A stretch of DNA of 64,000 nt from Marsupella aquatica (taxonomy: Eukaryota > Plantae > Marchantiophyta). Of the stretch, positions 11,798-25,300 are shown piece by piece. Both the position numbers and the translations under genes were made by a program. The DNA is taken from assembly GCA_973895155.1 (NCBI GenBank), contig OZ316897.1:18925111-18989110 (forward strand), read 5' to 3'. Positions within the stretch are counted from its first letter, which is position 1. Each line of letters opens with the position of its first letter. The notes under the pieces are model-generated. The model worked only from the letters and a program-made list of their open reading frames with translations, was not told the DNA's origin and did no database searches.

Positions 11798-14090
11798 ATG
11801 CAGCCTTCGATTAGTAAGTGAGCTTTCGGAGAGCGCCTTGATGGCTTAGTGAAAAACATCCTAGGATCCCATATGTGAGTATCATAGAATTCTATGCTAG
11901 TACAACGCTGCTGAAGATGATCTGTGTAGCAAGACCACTTCGAGCTCCTACCCATAGATTTCTGTTCTATGAAGAGATGATGTCCGTGGCAATTTTTTCA
12001 GCTGGAACTGTCGGATCTCTCTGTCGTTAGCTTTCAAACTTTTCCCAATGTGAATGAGATTTGAATTTCTCTCTGGAGGATTCACTGATTGGAACACTGA
12101 TCGTTCACCGCACCTACGCCAAACCTTGGCGATTCACAACTTTTGTCGGTTGGCTACCCTTTCATTTGCAAAGCTTTAATGACAGATCTTATACATTTTG
12201 TCCAGACTCTTGCAGGAAATAACCAATTCTGGCTCCTGTATTTGCCGGAAATGGCAAAAGGTTTTCAAGGATGAATGGTCAGGGTGTGATTAAGTTTTCA
12301 AAGTTGGAATGCAATGATTTAGTGGGCCAAGACCTTCATGCGCCAACTGTTCAAGATTACATTATCAACTTTTACAATTTCTTAATAAATCCTTCTAAGA
12401 GTCTCTAAGTGAAATGGCATTAGTAAAATGTACCGCTCTTCCTGTAGGATATCAAGACATCTGAAAGAACTGTCTACCTGAAACATTTAATGATTGTATT
12501 GTCTTTGGCATGTGCAAGACAATAAGAAAACAAGAGGCCTTTTGAACCACTTTTGGAATATTCCAGATTAATAGTGGTAGAAACAATTCTTTTTAACTTT
12601 AGCTTGTCGGAGCCTTCACAATGTCACACATATGGGGGGCTGCATATGGTGACACCCCAACTCTTTCGTCGGAATATACCTGTCACCCTAGTAACCTCAT
12701 GATGAATGGCCAGGCATGAGTAAGTATGTTTTTTGTTCCCATATTATTGGATTCAAGCATGGGGTCTCACTTCCATAAATGACACATCACATGCAACAAA
12801 GCAAAATGTCATTTTATGGGTTGTAAAAACATTTCACAAAAAAATTGAATAAATATGATGGTCTTTAAATTCAGTTTGTGCATTATAAGAAAAGATAGGG
12901 TTTCTAGGGAATATTCCCAAATTAGTTAGTGGACCCCTACTTATATATGTTTTAATGCTTATAAGAAATCTAATCTCAAAACAGAAGCAAATTGGAGGCT
13001 CCGGTGGACCACATTTTGGTGGTCAATGGGAGTTTGGGTCCATAATTTGATGATTATAAGCCACAAATATTTGCTTGGGTATTGTTGTTTACATTTTTTT
13101 CCAGAAGGTACATTGTCACTGACCAAATCATCAGTTCTGTCCAAATCTTTTTCACCATAAACCCTTGAGACATTTGGCAGTTCAACCCCACACAATGTAC
13201 ACAAGCAAATTCACTGACTGTTGGGATTGGGGGAGGCCCAATCATTTCTAATTGGAGGGTTGGGAGGGTTGGATAATGCTTTGACACTACCAACAAGGTG
13301 CCCAATGGAGTAGAGTAGATACAGGAGTAGATATCATTTCTAAAGCCTTATATACTATTGTGATGCATATATGAACACTTAATGAATAGTTCATGCATTT
13401 GTATTTTCTGTTGCATGCAAGGGAGGCTTGTGCTCGATCTACCTTACTCCAGAGGCCTCTTATGTTGGGTTGCTGCACAGGTCTTTGGGGCTCTACAACC
13501 AATCCTTGATCATTTCTTACTTACTTGCACAGTATATCAAGTGTAAGCCTTATCCCTTGATGTCTGTCATCATGGCCTTCGTTAGACAACTTACAGGTGC
13601 GGGAACAGGTGTCTAGTGCACTACAGACGGCTAAAGCATTCACTATTCTTTGTAGGGGTGAAGCAACTGGCGTTATATAGGCCTGTTGTCAAATTCCTCT
13701 GCACGCTCGCCCAATGCAGTTACCATGAGCTTTACTGGGCAATTGAGTTTGTTGACAGGTAGCTTTTAGAACAAGAAGCCTTAAAGGATGGGTCTAAGGC
13801 CTTAATTCCTTTTTCCAAAAAATTATGATTTTTAGAAATGTAGTCCTAAAACAAGCAATAAAATCAGCATATTTGTTTGACATTCACCCTTTGCATTTTA
13901 AACTAGACTTTACATAAATGTTTGAGACAAAACATATTCAAAACTTGATTTTCATAGAATTGACCTGTCAAAAACAATCATTTATATCATAGTCTAGGCT
14001 CCAAGGCCATTGACATCTCAAAACTTGCAAGTAAAGTCTACTTCTATGCAACTACAACAACCCTAAAATGTCTTACAGAAATATCCTCAG

Positions 14091-17000
14091 CTAATCATCT
14101 CTTGTTTCCTCAACACTTCCAACAACTCCTGAAGAGTCAAGTCCTATGATTTCCTCCTCTCCAACTCCTATCTCTGGTATTGGTAGAATGGTCTCTTGAA
14201 CATCAACATCTAAATCCATCATGCCTTTGCCATCATCTTCCTCAATGTTGTCCACCAGGTTTAGAATTCTCCCTTTCAAGACACTGCTCTAGCGCTCATC
14301 AATTTCTACAGCAACACAATGTCTTCCTTGTGCCAAAGAGGAAGACAATCCTGTGCCTGACCCTGAACAAATATCTAGCACCCAGTCTCCAACCTGGCTA
14401 AAGTGGGTAACTTCCCAATCCAATAACACTCTTGGCTTCTGGTAAAAGTTCACCATCTTATTGTCCCCGTTGTGTTTCAACTTATTGGTCACAGCTGGAC
14501 ACACAACCACATTATTTCGAGACTCATTAGTCTCAAAATTGAAATGCTCCAAAGACTGTTTCCCATCCTGACTATGAAAGCCAATGGTGAAACACTCAAA
14601 ATTGTTGTTAAGCCTTGCACCTCCTGCATTCTTAACATTGTCTTTCACCCTGCAAAAACCAAAACTTGCATTATGGATTTGTTTCAAAATCAAACATCAT
14701 GAAATCATGAACACCAAAAAAACATATTCACCTTTTGAAATGTTTCTTACCAAATACAATTCTGGAAACCACCATTACACTCAGCTTTCAAGACAGTCTT
14801 GACAGCATCATACTGGTCAATACTATGATGAATGATAATTCGCCAAAGATTTGCCTTGGTGACAACCTTGAAGGACTGAACCATCTTGGTCACCTCTTCC
14901 ACACCCCATCCAACATTGTCTTCATGAAGACAAGCAGTCATTCCAAACCCATAAGGAATATTTGCCAAAGCCAATGTGTAAGCTCGTGATGGGATTACCT
15001 CGTGCAACCGCTGAGCATCGTGTGTAAAGATATCATAGTACACATCCCCAAACTATGGATGCTCAAAAGCATTAGGATGAAGTTCACTTCCCTGGGTCTC
15101 TTGGCAAGATTTCTTCATTGCCAACCAGTTTCGTGCTTGTGCAATATGTGCATTGAACTTATCTGGGAAGGACTTCAACTCTTTGCTTTCTTCATTCTCT
15201 CCCTTCTTTTTTTGGGAGCTGCTGTCTTTCTGAGAAAACAAAATTGGGTACATGAGATTCCTACATACTTAAGAATAAAACTGTAAAACAAATGCTCAGT
15301 CAATCTCAAATAAACTTACCCAAGTCTGGAAGACAAGAACAAAATTCTTCAGCACATTATCAGTGCAGTGTTCTGGGTACTTGGTTTTGCAATTCTTCCA
15401 ACTCTCTTCGTGAAGACAGGTAAGAAATGCTTTTTGAACTTGCATTTGGAATTTGTATCGTTGAAATTCCTGTCCCATCTCTTGAAGAGATAATTCCTTT
15501 GCCAAAACCCTTTGTAGCACTGGACAGATCATGTCCGGATCTTTCAATGCCTGCATGTGTCTCCACTCAGTAAACTTCATATCCTCACATAGCATTTTAG
15601 CATCTCCAGACTTGGACATCTTTTTCTTGGTCTTATCTCCTTTCTGTCCTTTTATCTCACAATTCTCCCATCTGTCAAAGATCTGCCGTATGAAAGACCA
15701 AACAAGATCCTTACGAAATGCCAATTGAAATAAATTATCATTGGCATTCAGAACCTCAAAATCTTTACGTACACCCCAGTCCTTTAGATTGATTTCAGTG
15801 GCACACTCCTTCTTGAAATCAACATTTGATGATGCTCCATTCTCTACAAATCGCATGTGAATGTAATTCACTCTTTGGATGGTGCTCATTTGTTGACGAA
15901 ATTCCTTGCTTCCTGGATAGACAAGCCTGCAAAGATCCAAGATTGCACTCTCCTGTACGACTTGTTGTTGGGAAATTGTAATGCCAGGTCTGCCTTTGCA
16001 CAAGTAGAATGATTTCCCCCAATCACGTAATAGTGGTAATCATTCGTTTTTGAGAAATCAAAATCAGCTCGAGTTGGGCACTCCTTGGGATCAACCAAGA
16101 GAACAAAAGGTGCTGCCAATGGACTAGCTCCAGCTGCTTTCATCCTTGTTGTCAACTGTGTAAGAAAGTAGGGTTGGATATGCCTTACTTGGTACACTGG
16201 CAACTCCAAAGATTTCTCTCGGACAGGTGGGTGAAGTTGTGCAATGTCAATTGTGATTGTCTCCTCTTGAACTCCACACCTCATCAAAATCCCTTCCTGG
16301 TACACCACCCGAGCATCCATAGACATAGATTGAGCCTTCTGCTCCAGATGAGTGGGGACTTTTTCCAACGTCTGCTTCTTGGATTTTGGTGGACTTGGTC
16401 TTGCACCTTGAGAACCCTCTGGTCCACGTTTCTTTGATGAAGTCCGAGTACCGGCAGTGCCCTGTGCTGATCCTCCAGTCACAGTTGTCCCCTCTTGTGA
16501 TCTTGCAATTTGTGAACCAGCACCAGATATTGGAGATGTAACAACCATCTTTCTCGCTGGGATAGAACTCGGACGAGATCCGGAAGGAGCAAAAGAAGGA
16601 CCAGACTTTGGTGGACGGGCACTGGCACTCTTCTATGCTACTTTTTGAAGAATCTCCCTAGACTTTCGAATTGCACTCTTCAATGTGCTGGCATGATGTT
16701 CAAACACAAAACCAGCAATGAGCTCTGCAATCTCATCTTAGCTTTCTTCTGCAGACAGATTCTTCACCTTCTCAATAATCATCTCAATGTCATCAGGCAA
16801 GTAACAATGTGCAGCTCTTCCAAAAAATCTCTCACTGTCAACTGCAATCAGTGTAGATGTCTCCTTTGTTGTGATCAGCATATTGAGGACATCAGCCCCT
16901 CGTTGAAAGACATCAATCCGGCCATAATTCACCCAACCAAGACCTCCAGAAGGCAAGGTCTCGTAGATGCACAACATCAAAAAAGGCTTCTTCCACGATT

Positions 17001-17103
17001 CTATACCCAATGATATTGTCCAGGAAGAGTTTCCAAAATCTGTCAAAGGATGCTCAACGAAAATAGTGTCTAACACCTTCTCCTGTGATTTTGGTTCAAC
17101 CAT
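14091..17103 (-). pseudogene. Spliced gene encoding an unknown N-terminal domain, a ParB/Srx-like domain, a helical linker and a beta-class N4-cytosine/N6-adenine DNA methyltransferase (N6_N4_Mtase-like); disabled
   Basis: The ParB-like 'YYVIGGNHS' is at ~16006-16032. MTase motif IV-like 'ALANIPYG' (14951-14962) precedes 'YQKPRVLLDW..HFSQVGDWVLDICSGSGTG....AQGRHCVAVEID' (motif X/I, ~14352-14375), which is beta order. Introns lie at ~15319-15230 and ~14750-14650. In-frame TAG stops occur at 14289, 15053 and ~16632, with a frameshift at ~15905. Confidence 0.8.
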
Positions 17104-17414
17104 TCTGACTTCCTAAAATCAAGTCCAACAATGCAAAGTCAGCTCTGTTTGTTTTTCAAGTTCAATTGCAGAATTCAGGTTCATGATTTCATGAAGCAAG
17201 GTTCTTACCTTGACAGTGGAGTTGGAAGTTGAATTTGCAGCGCCTGTTGTTCCCGCTTAGAAGAGTGTCACTGGTATTTTTATCCCTGATTTTGGCTTAG
17301 CTTATCTCCTTCACCTCCCTGGCAGATGCCTAAGCTGATCGACCCCTCCCCACTTAATGTCGTTTGCAATGTCCTCCCCAATTTGGACCTCGTCCCTTCG
17401 GCAATGGTCGATCC

Positions 17415-17945
17415 TCCCCAGGCCTTCGACTAAAGCTCCCTCTCTCGGCCTTTGACTATTGCTCCCTCCCTCGCAGCGCCTCGACAATTTTCCTCCCCCC
17501 GGCCTTAGCCAATTTCTTCCTCCCCCCCGGCCTTCACCAATTTCTTCCTCCCCTGGCGCTTTGACTATTTTCCTCCCCCCGGCCTCAACACTTTTTCTTC
17601 CCCCCGGCCTCCAAACGTTTTCCTCCCCCCGGCCTCGACAATTTTTTCCCCCCGGCCTCCACACGTTTTCCTCCCCCCGGCCTCGACACTATTTCCTTCC
17701 CCCGGCCTGCGCCTCGACACGATTTCCTCCCCCAGGCCTTTGCCAATTTTTCCTCCCCTGGCCGGTGCTTCGAGTAATTCCCCTCCCCGAGGCCGGCGCT
17801 TCTTCCCCGCGCCCCTGGCTGCGCCTCGACAATTTGTCCTCCCCCCAGCCTTTGCCAATTTTGCATCCCTCCCCTGGCCTTCAAAAATTTCTCCTCCCTC
17901 CCACGAACTTTGCCAATTTCCTCTCCCCAGGCCTTCGACAATCCC
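17415..17945. repeat. C-rich tandem array of ~30-bp units (consensus about cctcgacaattttcctcccccggc); G-rich on the minus strand
   Basis: About 15 or more visible copies of 'ttcctcccccggcct'. The overlapping PPPG/RPGGG ORFs here are by-products of the array. Confidence 0.9.
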
Positions 17946-20900
17946 TCCCCAAAAACTCTCTCCTGAGCGCAAACTTGCACGGCAGCTTTTGATCTTGCTG
18001 TCTCCTAACCAAATTTCTTCCACTCCCTTCCACGATTAATCCTCCATTCCATGACCGATCTGCGCCTCAACAGCCAGGAAATTACAGAGCTGCACCAGAT
18101 GTTGGTCCGCCCCCGATTTTCAGTTCCAGTTTAGGGATTCAACCCAACTCCTATTCAGACCACACGAATCACTGAGGGAAGAGCTTTCCACAGCACCAAG
18201 CTTCCGCCCACTATAGCTCTTCGCCAAGCTTCCTTTCCGTTCGCGCTTTGCAGATGCACACCCACACTCCAAGCACCTAACAATCCAATTTGTCTCAAAC
18301 TTAGCATTTTCTAATTTTTGGGGTCATGAATTCATGAAGCTTTCGCCCCTTCCACTTCAGGAATCCAGGAAGGTCGTAACCCTTCATGAATTCATGAAAG
18401 GGAATCAAGTATCATTTTGAAAGAATCTAGTGAAAAGTCAAAATTTGGGCCAAAAATAACCAATACCATGGGTAATAGAAATACAAGAAAAAACCAAGAA
18501 AACCCCTAAAAACAGGGGTCATTGAAAACATTTTTGGTTGCAATTGAATAGTCTCCAAAAACCTCAAAGAAAACATGGGGTAAAAATGACCAATGCATTA
18601 CTGATACACTATCTTAAGAGTTTGGCATGAAAACATATGCTAAAAGTAAAAAATAAAATTATGAGAAGCCTCACAATATTTCAGGAGAAGACTTCACAGG
18701 AATGAATTAACCAAGTTTGCAAGAACTCTAATGAGTATTAGAAACCTGAAAACATAAGTAAACTTGTGAGATTTGGAGAAATAATAAACTATTTGTTCAT
18801 GAAAGATTTCTTTCCTTGCCACTAATTCCTAATGAAGGGCGTGGCCCTTTATCTTATTTTATTGCTAATTAAGTTTTTGAGTTATTTCCAAAATCTATAA
18901 AAGGGGCTTCGTATTCATGACTCTATCTCATTTCGATTTTTCAGTTTGAGTTCATTTGGTGTTCTAGGTGTTCCCTTGTGAGTTTTGTGCAATTTTTGAA
19001 ATGGCAGCCTGTTATGAGTCAGACAATTATTCGGGTGGTATTTCGGATGATGTTTCCTTCCCGGATTGTCCTTGTCCTGTTACTTCTCCAGATGCTCCTA
19101 GTAAAACCACTATTTTGGAGATGCTTCCCCCAACTCCAATGAGTAAGTTGAAAGGAAAGGCTCTAAGTGTACCAAATATTCAGCAAAAAGTATTTGGTCC
19201 TTGTCTTAGTGAGCACTCTGACTCTTCGGACTCATTTGAGAGTACAAGTCCCCCTGGCCGTCAAGTATTATCGAATCCTTCTCAAAGGGGGGTTAAATTG
19301 GGTGTGCGTTCTGTAGGCCCTCAACATAGTGGAGAGCTGAAAAAGAGGACTCATGAATTCATGAAGGCCAGATCTGGAGATGTGCCAAATATGCCCAGTG
19401 AAAGCCCAAAAGTGGATTTTTGTGCACTCCGGGAAAGTCGTGGTGTGCAACATGCAACAATGAAAGAGAGTGAGTATTCTCGTCCTACATCTTTCAGATT
19501 TCAAGAAGGAGTGAGAGCGGAAACAAGGAGGCCGCTTGGAACTGAGACTAATTCAAACAAGGAGAGGATCAATTTGAGAAGATCTCCAGGGAACTTTGAT
19601 CGTTTGGCTGAGGTTGGAAGCGGATCTAAGTCGACATACAACAAGGGCAAGAAGAAGGTCTTTGAGGAGATTCCAAACAAGAGGCCAAGAGAGTCAACCG
19701 AACGTGGTTTCTTTGGGAATTCAGATCAAAATCGATCAAACTCACTCCTTTTGAGAGTGAAGGAAGAGCCATTGAGTCCTCAAGGGCCTGCTCGAGGGCG
19801 GGTGAGGAGGGGTTTGTCTGCATACCAACTTGATAAACTTGTGGATATATCTTCTTCAATCGAAGAATCTTCTTCTGAGAGTGATGGAGAGCTTGCAGAG
19901 AGAGAGTTATGATGGCTAATAAACGACCGTCAAATCTCAGCTTGTGTGAAACAAAGATGACAGAGGAGGATATCAAGAAGACAAATCGTAAGTACTGTTG
20001 TCAACGTCATTGTCTCCTGAGTCTTTCACCAAAACAAATTTGTGAAGCACGCTCCAAGTTTTTGAGGCAAAAATCTCAGGATCGATCTTTATCTTTGCAG
20101 TGGCTCGTCAAGCAAGACGGAAATGAAGAGGGGAGGTCCAATGTCACATACATGATTGGACAAAGAGATGTGTGTAGGAAAGCTTTCAAGATGGTCTTTT
20201 GTGTAGGAAATGAGAGATTGAATAGGATCAAGAAGCTAGGCAATCAAGATCTTGCTTATCCTAGACCGGCTGGTCGACCTCCATCTGTGAGAACATTGGT
20301 ATTGAGTTCTTGGTTGAAGTCTTTTTTTGAGACTCGTGTGGAGACTCTACCAAATAAAGATGTTTCACATTTGCCTGATAATTATTCCAAACTAGAAGTT
20401 TGGAAAATATATGATTCAAGCTATGTGATCACTGATGAGTCATCCAAAATATCATATCGGCAATTTTTGAAAGTATGGTCACAAGACTTTGGGCATGTGA
20501 AGATTCCTCATGTGAATCGTTTTAGTGCTTGTGCGGACTGTGAAGAATTCAAAATGATTCGAGACAAAGGAGTCTCAGAAACTGAAAAATGTAAGTCATT
20601 TTCATTTTTGTTGTTTTGAACATGTCTTTGTATTAGATTTGTCAGGAAATCAATTGAGTAATGGGTAAACATTAGGAATGAATTTCAAGTTAACAACTTT
20701 GCTCTACCATGGATTGATTGCAGGGAGAGGAGAAATAATGTTACAAAAACATCGAGAACAACAATCGAAAGAGCAGAAAAACTAGCAAAGCATCGAAAGA
20801 AATGTTTCACAAACCCAGAAAAATATTTGGGAGTTGTGATTGATGGAATGGATCAAAAAAAGACTAGATTACCCCATTGGCCGCGTCCTCCAAAATCCGT

Positions 20901-21743
20901 TGATGAGTCCTGTTTAATCCAAATGCATGTGGTTGGTTATCTTCTTTTCCACGGAGCACTATTTTCTAGGGTGTTCCTTAATTATCCAGTTCTCCATAAT
21001 GATGGAAATCTTACCATTACTATTTTACAAAGAGTATTCCTAGAATATCAAGAGAAGTATGGGGGCCTTCCACCAGTTTTTTACCTTCAGCTTGACAATA
21101 CAAGTAGGGAAAACAAAAACAATTTACTTTTCACATATCTTCACATGCTGGTACAAAAAAAGGTATTTCAAAAAATCAAACTTGGATTCCTCTTAGTTGG
21201 ACACACCCATGATCAAATAGATCAGATGTTTAGTAGGTTCTCAAAAAGGCTTGGAAGATTTAAGGCCTTTACCTATGATAGTTTATGTAAGATTATTCAA
21301 GAATCTTACCAACCCCAACCTGAAATTACCCTTTTAAATGAGACATATGATTTTTGAAAATTTGCTTTCTCAGAGCCTGCTTTGATCAGAGAAAGGATAC
21401 GAAATGTTACGTTTCATCACCAATATAAAATTTATTTTGCTTGTGAAGATGATCAAGTTCCAACACAATGGGGGAAGAAATTTTCCACCGACACGGTTTG
21501 GAAACCAGAAGGAGGTGTTAAATTGTTGAAAGAAGACATGCCACCAAAGGTGATTGGGTGCTCTGATGGGATGCCACTTATCAAGAAAGGAGACAAGAAA
21601 TGAGATGACGAAAGGGCGGGAAATCAAGCTCATGTATCATCTTCAGGAAAAATGACGTTGTCCAAAATGGATGATTGTTTGAATGAAATTCAAAAAGGTA
21701 TATTTTCAGCTCAGATATTATTCTCGGAAGAAGAAGTTGTTTG

Positions 21744-21924
21744 TGTTAAAACGGATGACCTAACCCTAGTTACCTAGCTTAACCCTAGTGTATAGGAGTT
21801 AAGGTAGTTACCATAACCGCCAACACTTGTACTATATATGGAGTGGTCTTTACTCCCTAACGTAATGAGAAGGTAGTGAGCTTGTTGGTGTATGAGTATC
21901 CAAGATTATGTTTGTTCCTTAATA
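21744..21924 (+). repeat. 5' LTR
   Basis: Direct repeat of 27372-27552. Confidence 0.95.
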
Positions 21925-22306
21925 CGTTATCAGCACGACCTCCCAACAGAGCTTTTACTTTCCGATGATTCAGAATGGCTATGGCTGCCCCTAAACATAG
22001 CTTCTGAATTATTTTAGCGAATAGTGGATTGCATGGTACAATTTCCTTTCGTTGTTTCCTCCAGAAACACTGACTCCCACACTCCAACAACGGCTCGGGT
22101 GTAACATTGTGAGCGGTCAATCGAGACAACAATTCCAGGCTCGGATTGACGCAAACACGAATAGAGATTGAGAATTGACCAGGGAAGTTTCCCGATCACT
22201 TACACACATAGATTATAAGTTTAAAATCCAATACAGATTTCCATAGAATCTTTCCTATCTAGACTGTCCTAATTCCAATAGCCACCAATCAACGAAGCAT
22301 AACACG

Positions 22307-25300
22307 ATGAATTCCATAGAGAAACTACAATTCAAGGCACTAGCAATCGATGGTGCAAATTATTTATCCTGGTCCTTGGATGTTGAGGCATCCCTTTCAT
22401 CCAAAGACCTCCAGGACGCGATACTAACTGATACTAGATTGACCCTACAGCAAAAAGCACGGGCCCTAGTATTCATTCAACACCACCTCGCCGAACCGCT
22501 AAAGATCCAATACTTAAATCAATTCAATCCACGAGTCCTATGGGAAGACCTGCAACTTAGGTTTGACCACATGCGCTTGGTCTCACTCCCCGCAGCTCGC
22601 CATGACTGGATTAATTTGCGGGTGCAGGATCACACGACTATCGCCAACTACAATGGCAAACTCTTCAGAATAACCTCCCAACTCGCGCTATGCGGCCATC
22701 CGGTTGGAGACGATGAGCAAATTGAACGCACCCTCTCCACATTCGCCCCAGGAAACCTTCTCCTGGCAGCTCAGTACCGCAACATGGCATTCACCAGATA
22801 TTCAGAGCTCATTGCCCAAATGTTACTGGCCGAGAAGCACCAATTGCTGCTCCTTGAGAACGCCAAAACATGCCCACCTGGAACCGCTGCCCCCCCACCA
22901 CAACCCGAAGCTAATTTCAACAGATCCAACGCAAGAGCAAGAGGACATGGACGAGGAAATTTTAGAGGGAGAGGCGGCAGAAATTCAGGTAGAGGCCGAA
23001 ACCCAAGCCAAGGAGGGAGGGGATATGGCCGACCGGAAAGGGAAGGCCAGAATTCCAGAAACCAACCTCGCGGAGGCGCATATCGAGGAAGAGGCCGCAA
23101 CGGAAACTGGGGCAGAGGATCAAATAACTGGAAAAGAGACAGAAGCAATCCAGTAGAATGCTTCAGGTGCGGCACCAAAGGGCATTTACAAAGAGACTGC
23201 AGGGCGCCCGCACATCTAGTGACACTATACAAACAAAGCCTGGAGATCCCAAGAAATGAAGCACACGGAAATTACATGGAGACCACAGAAGACATAGCAG
23301 CTTACATTCAAGACCCCGCGGCACCTGAGGTACACACCGCCCAATTGGGGTCACACCCATTACCACCGGACGATCACAACAACTGCATCGTCAACAACGG
23401 TACTTCTCACTCCATACTGCGCAATAAAGAATACTTTACCAGAATTACACCCTCACATAGGTCTATGACCACAATCACCAGATCCAACTATATCGAAGGA
23501 GGCCATGGCCCCGCACACGTTTGATTCCCAAAAGGCACTAATATATATATAGATTCAGCCATTTATGTTCCCAGGGCCACCAGAAATCTCATCAGTTTCC
23601 GAGACATACGTGCCAACAAATTCCACATACACACTGAAACTTGTAAAGACCAGGAAGTCCTCCACATCCTAGAAAACACTACATTAGGGCCCATAATCCG
23701 AGAGATCTTACCAATATTCCCACCAGGGTTATATATTACCCGCATTTATGCATTCCATACCGAAAGCACCACCCTGACTGCCACACAGCTATGGCACAAC
23801 CGCCTAGGACACCCTGGTACAAATATGTACCACAACATTCTAAAGGACACAGTTGGAATACCCCATGATGTGCACCCCTCAGCTGCTAGTAGACCATGTC
23901 TAGCCTGCTCCCAAGGAAAAATGGTGACCCGCCCATCACCATCTAAAACCATCTACACCATCCCACAATTCTTTGAAAGACTGCACGCAGATGTTTGGGG
24001 GCCTATAGATCCGCCCTCTGGCCCCTTCCGTTACTTCTTCGTCATTATAGACGCTTCAACAAAGTGGTCTCAGGTCTCCCTGCTCTCCACCAGGAACCTG
24101 GTGTTTTCCAGAATCCTGTCACACATACTCACTTTAAAACATCAATTCCCGGATAATCCAATTAAAACCCTCAGAGTCGATAATGCTGGGGAATTTACTT
24201 CCAAAACCTTTGACGATTTCTGTGAAACTGCAGGAATCATGACCGAGTATTCTGTACCCCATGTCCACTTTCAAAATGGAATAGCAGAGTCGGTCATTAA
24301 ACGACTACAGATGGTGGCCAGACCACTATTGATGCAATCCAACTTACCATCCGCTGCCTGGGGGCATGCCATCCTTCACGCGGCAGCCCTACTCCGATAC
24401 AGACCATCCTCATTCAACACTAAGACTCCTCATTTTTTGGCCTACGGCTTGCCACCCAATATCTCACACTTAAGGACATTTGGCTGCCTGGTCTTAGTAC
24501 CTATATTAGGCCCCAAACAAACTAAAATGGGCCCACAACGGCAGAAAGGCATCTATGTTGGCTTCGACTCCTCATCAATAATCAGATACCTGGAACCTCT
24601 AACATCAGACGTATTTTAAGCTCATTTCCAGGACTGTACATTCTTTGAAACGGAATTCCCAGGACTCACTAACCAAGCAGGCATGGGTGCTATGAGCGGA
24701 AAAGAACTACAATGGCTTATAGCCCACCCACTTACCAACGACCACCAAACAAGAGAGGCGGACGAGGGAGTTCAACGGGTCTTATACTTACAACAAATGT
24801 TGCTGAAACTCCCAGACGCATTCAATGATGCTGCCACTATCACTTGTTCGCATACTGAAGCAGCGAACACCCCAGCTTGAATCCAGCTAACCAAGACACC
24901 GGCAACCGATACCGCTGCCAGAGCCAAGAGAGGTCGCCACCTGCCAGATCACTAACAGAGACACCATCACAGGTACATGCTGAGAATGACAAAATTACAA
25001 TCAATTACATGCACACTGGCAAGACACTGAAGCGCAACCAGCAGCAGGTAGACGATACATTTGCTTTTCAAATTTCAGAGGACATAACTAATGATACACC
25101 AGACCCTATCACCGTTGCAGAGGCCCAATCCAGATCAGATTGGCCTCAATGGGAGATCGCTATTAACTCCGAACTAGACTCCCTCATAAAACGAAAGGTC
25201 TTTGGGCCTATTATACCTGCACCCATAGGAACCCACCTCACAGGCTATAAATTCACCTTTGTCAGAAAACGCAATGCCAAAGGCGAAGTAATCAGGCACA

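Larger units (their letters stand above)
375..12945 (+). repeat. Tandem segmental duplication: copy A = ~375-2590 + ~8015-8180 + ~9390-9830; copy B = ~9860-12945
   Basis: The blocks are near-identical and collinear by eye. Copy B joins 'cgccaactgttc' (2577 in A) directly to 'aagattacattatcaac' (8016 in A) at ~12352, and continues into the 9390-9830 block at ~12535. Confidence 0.85.

Noticed and set aside
13770-14030. Left TIR of the large transposon, paired with 28670-28870
   Set aside because: Only short scattered inverted matches (11-14 bp) were seen, with no contiguous TIR or TSD. The termini are left undefined.
14091-17103. Bacterial contamination or a restriction-modification operon
   Set aside because: The gene has spliceosomal introns, is contiguous with plant TEs and genes, and has no neighbouring endonuclease.
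17311-18039. Several Pro-rich and Gly/Arg-rich ORFs on both strands
   Set aside because: They are artefacts of a stop-poor C-rich tandem array.
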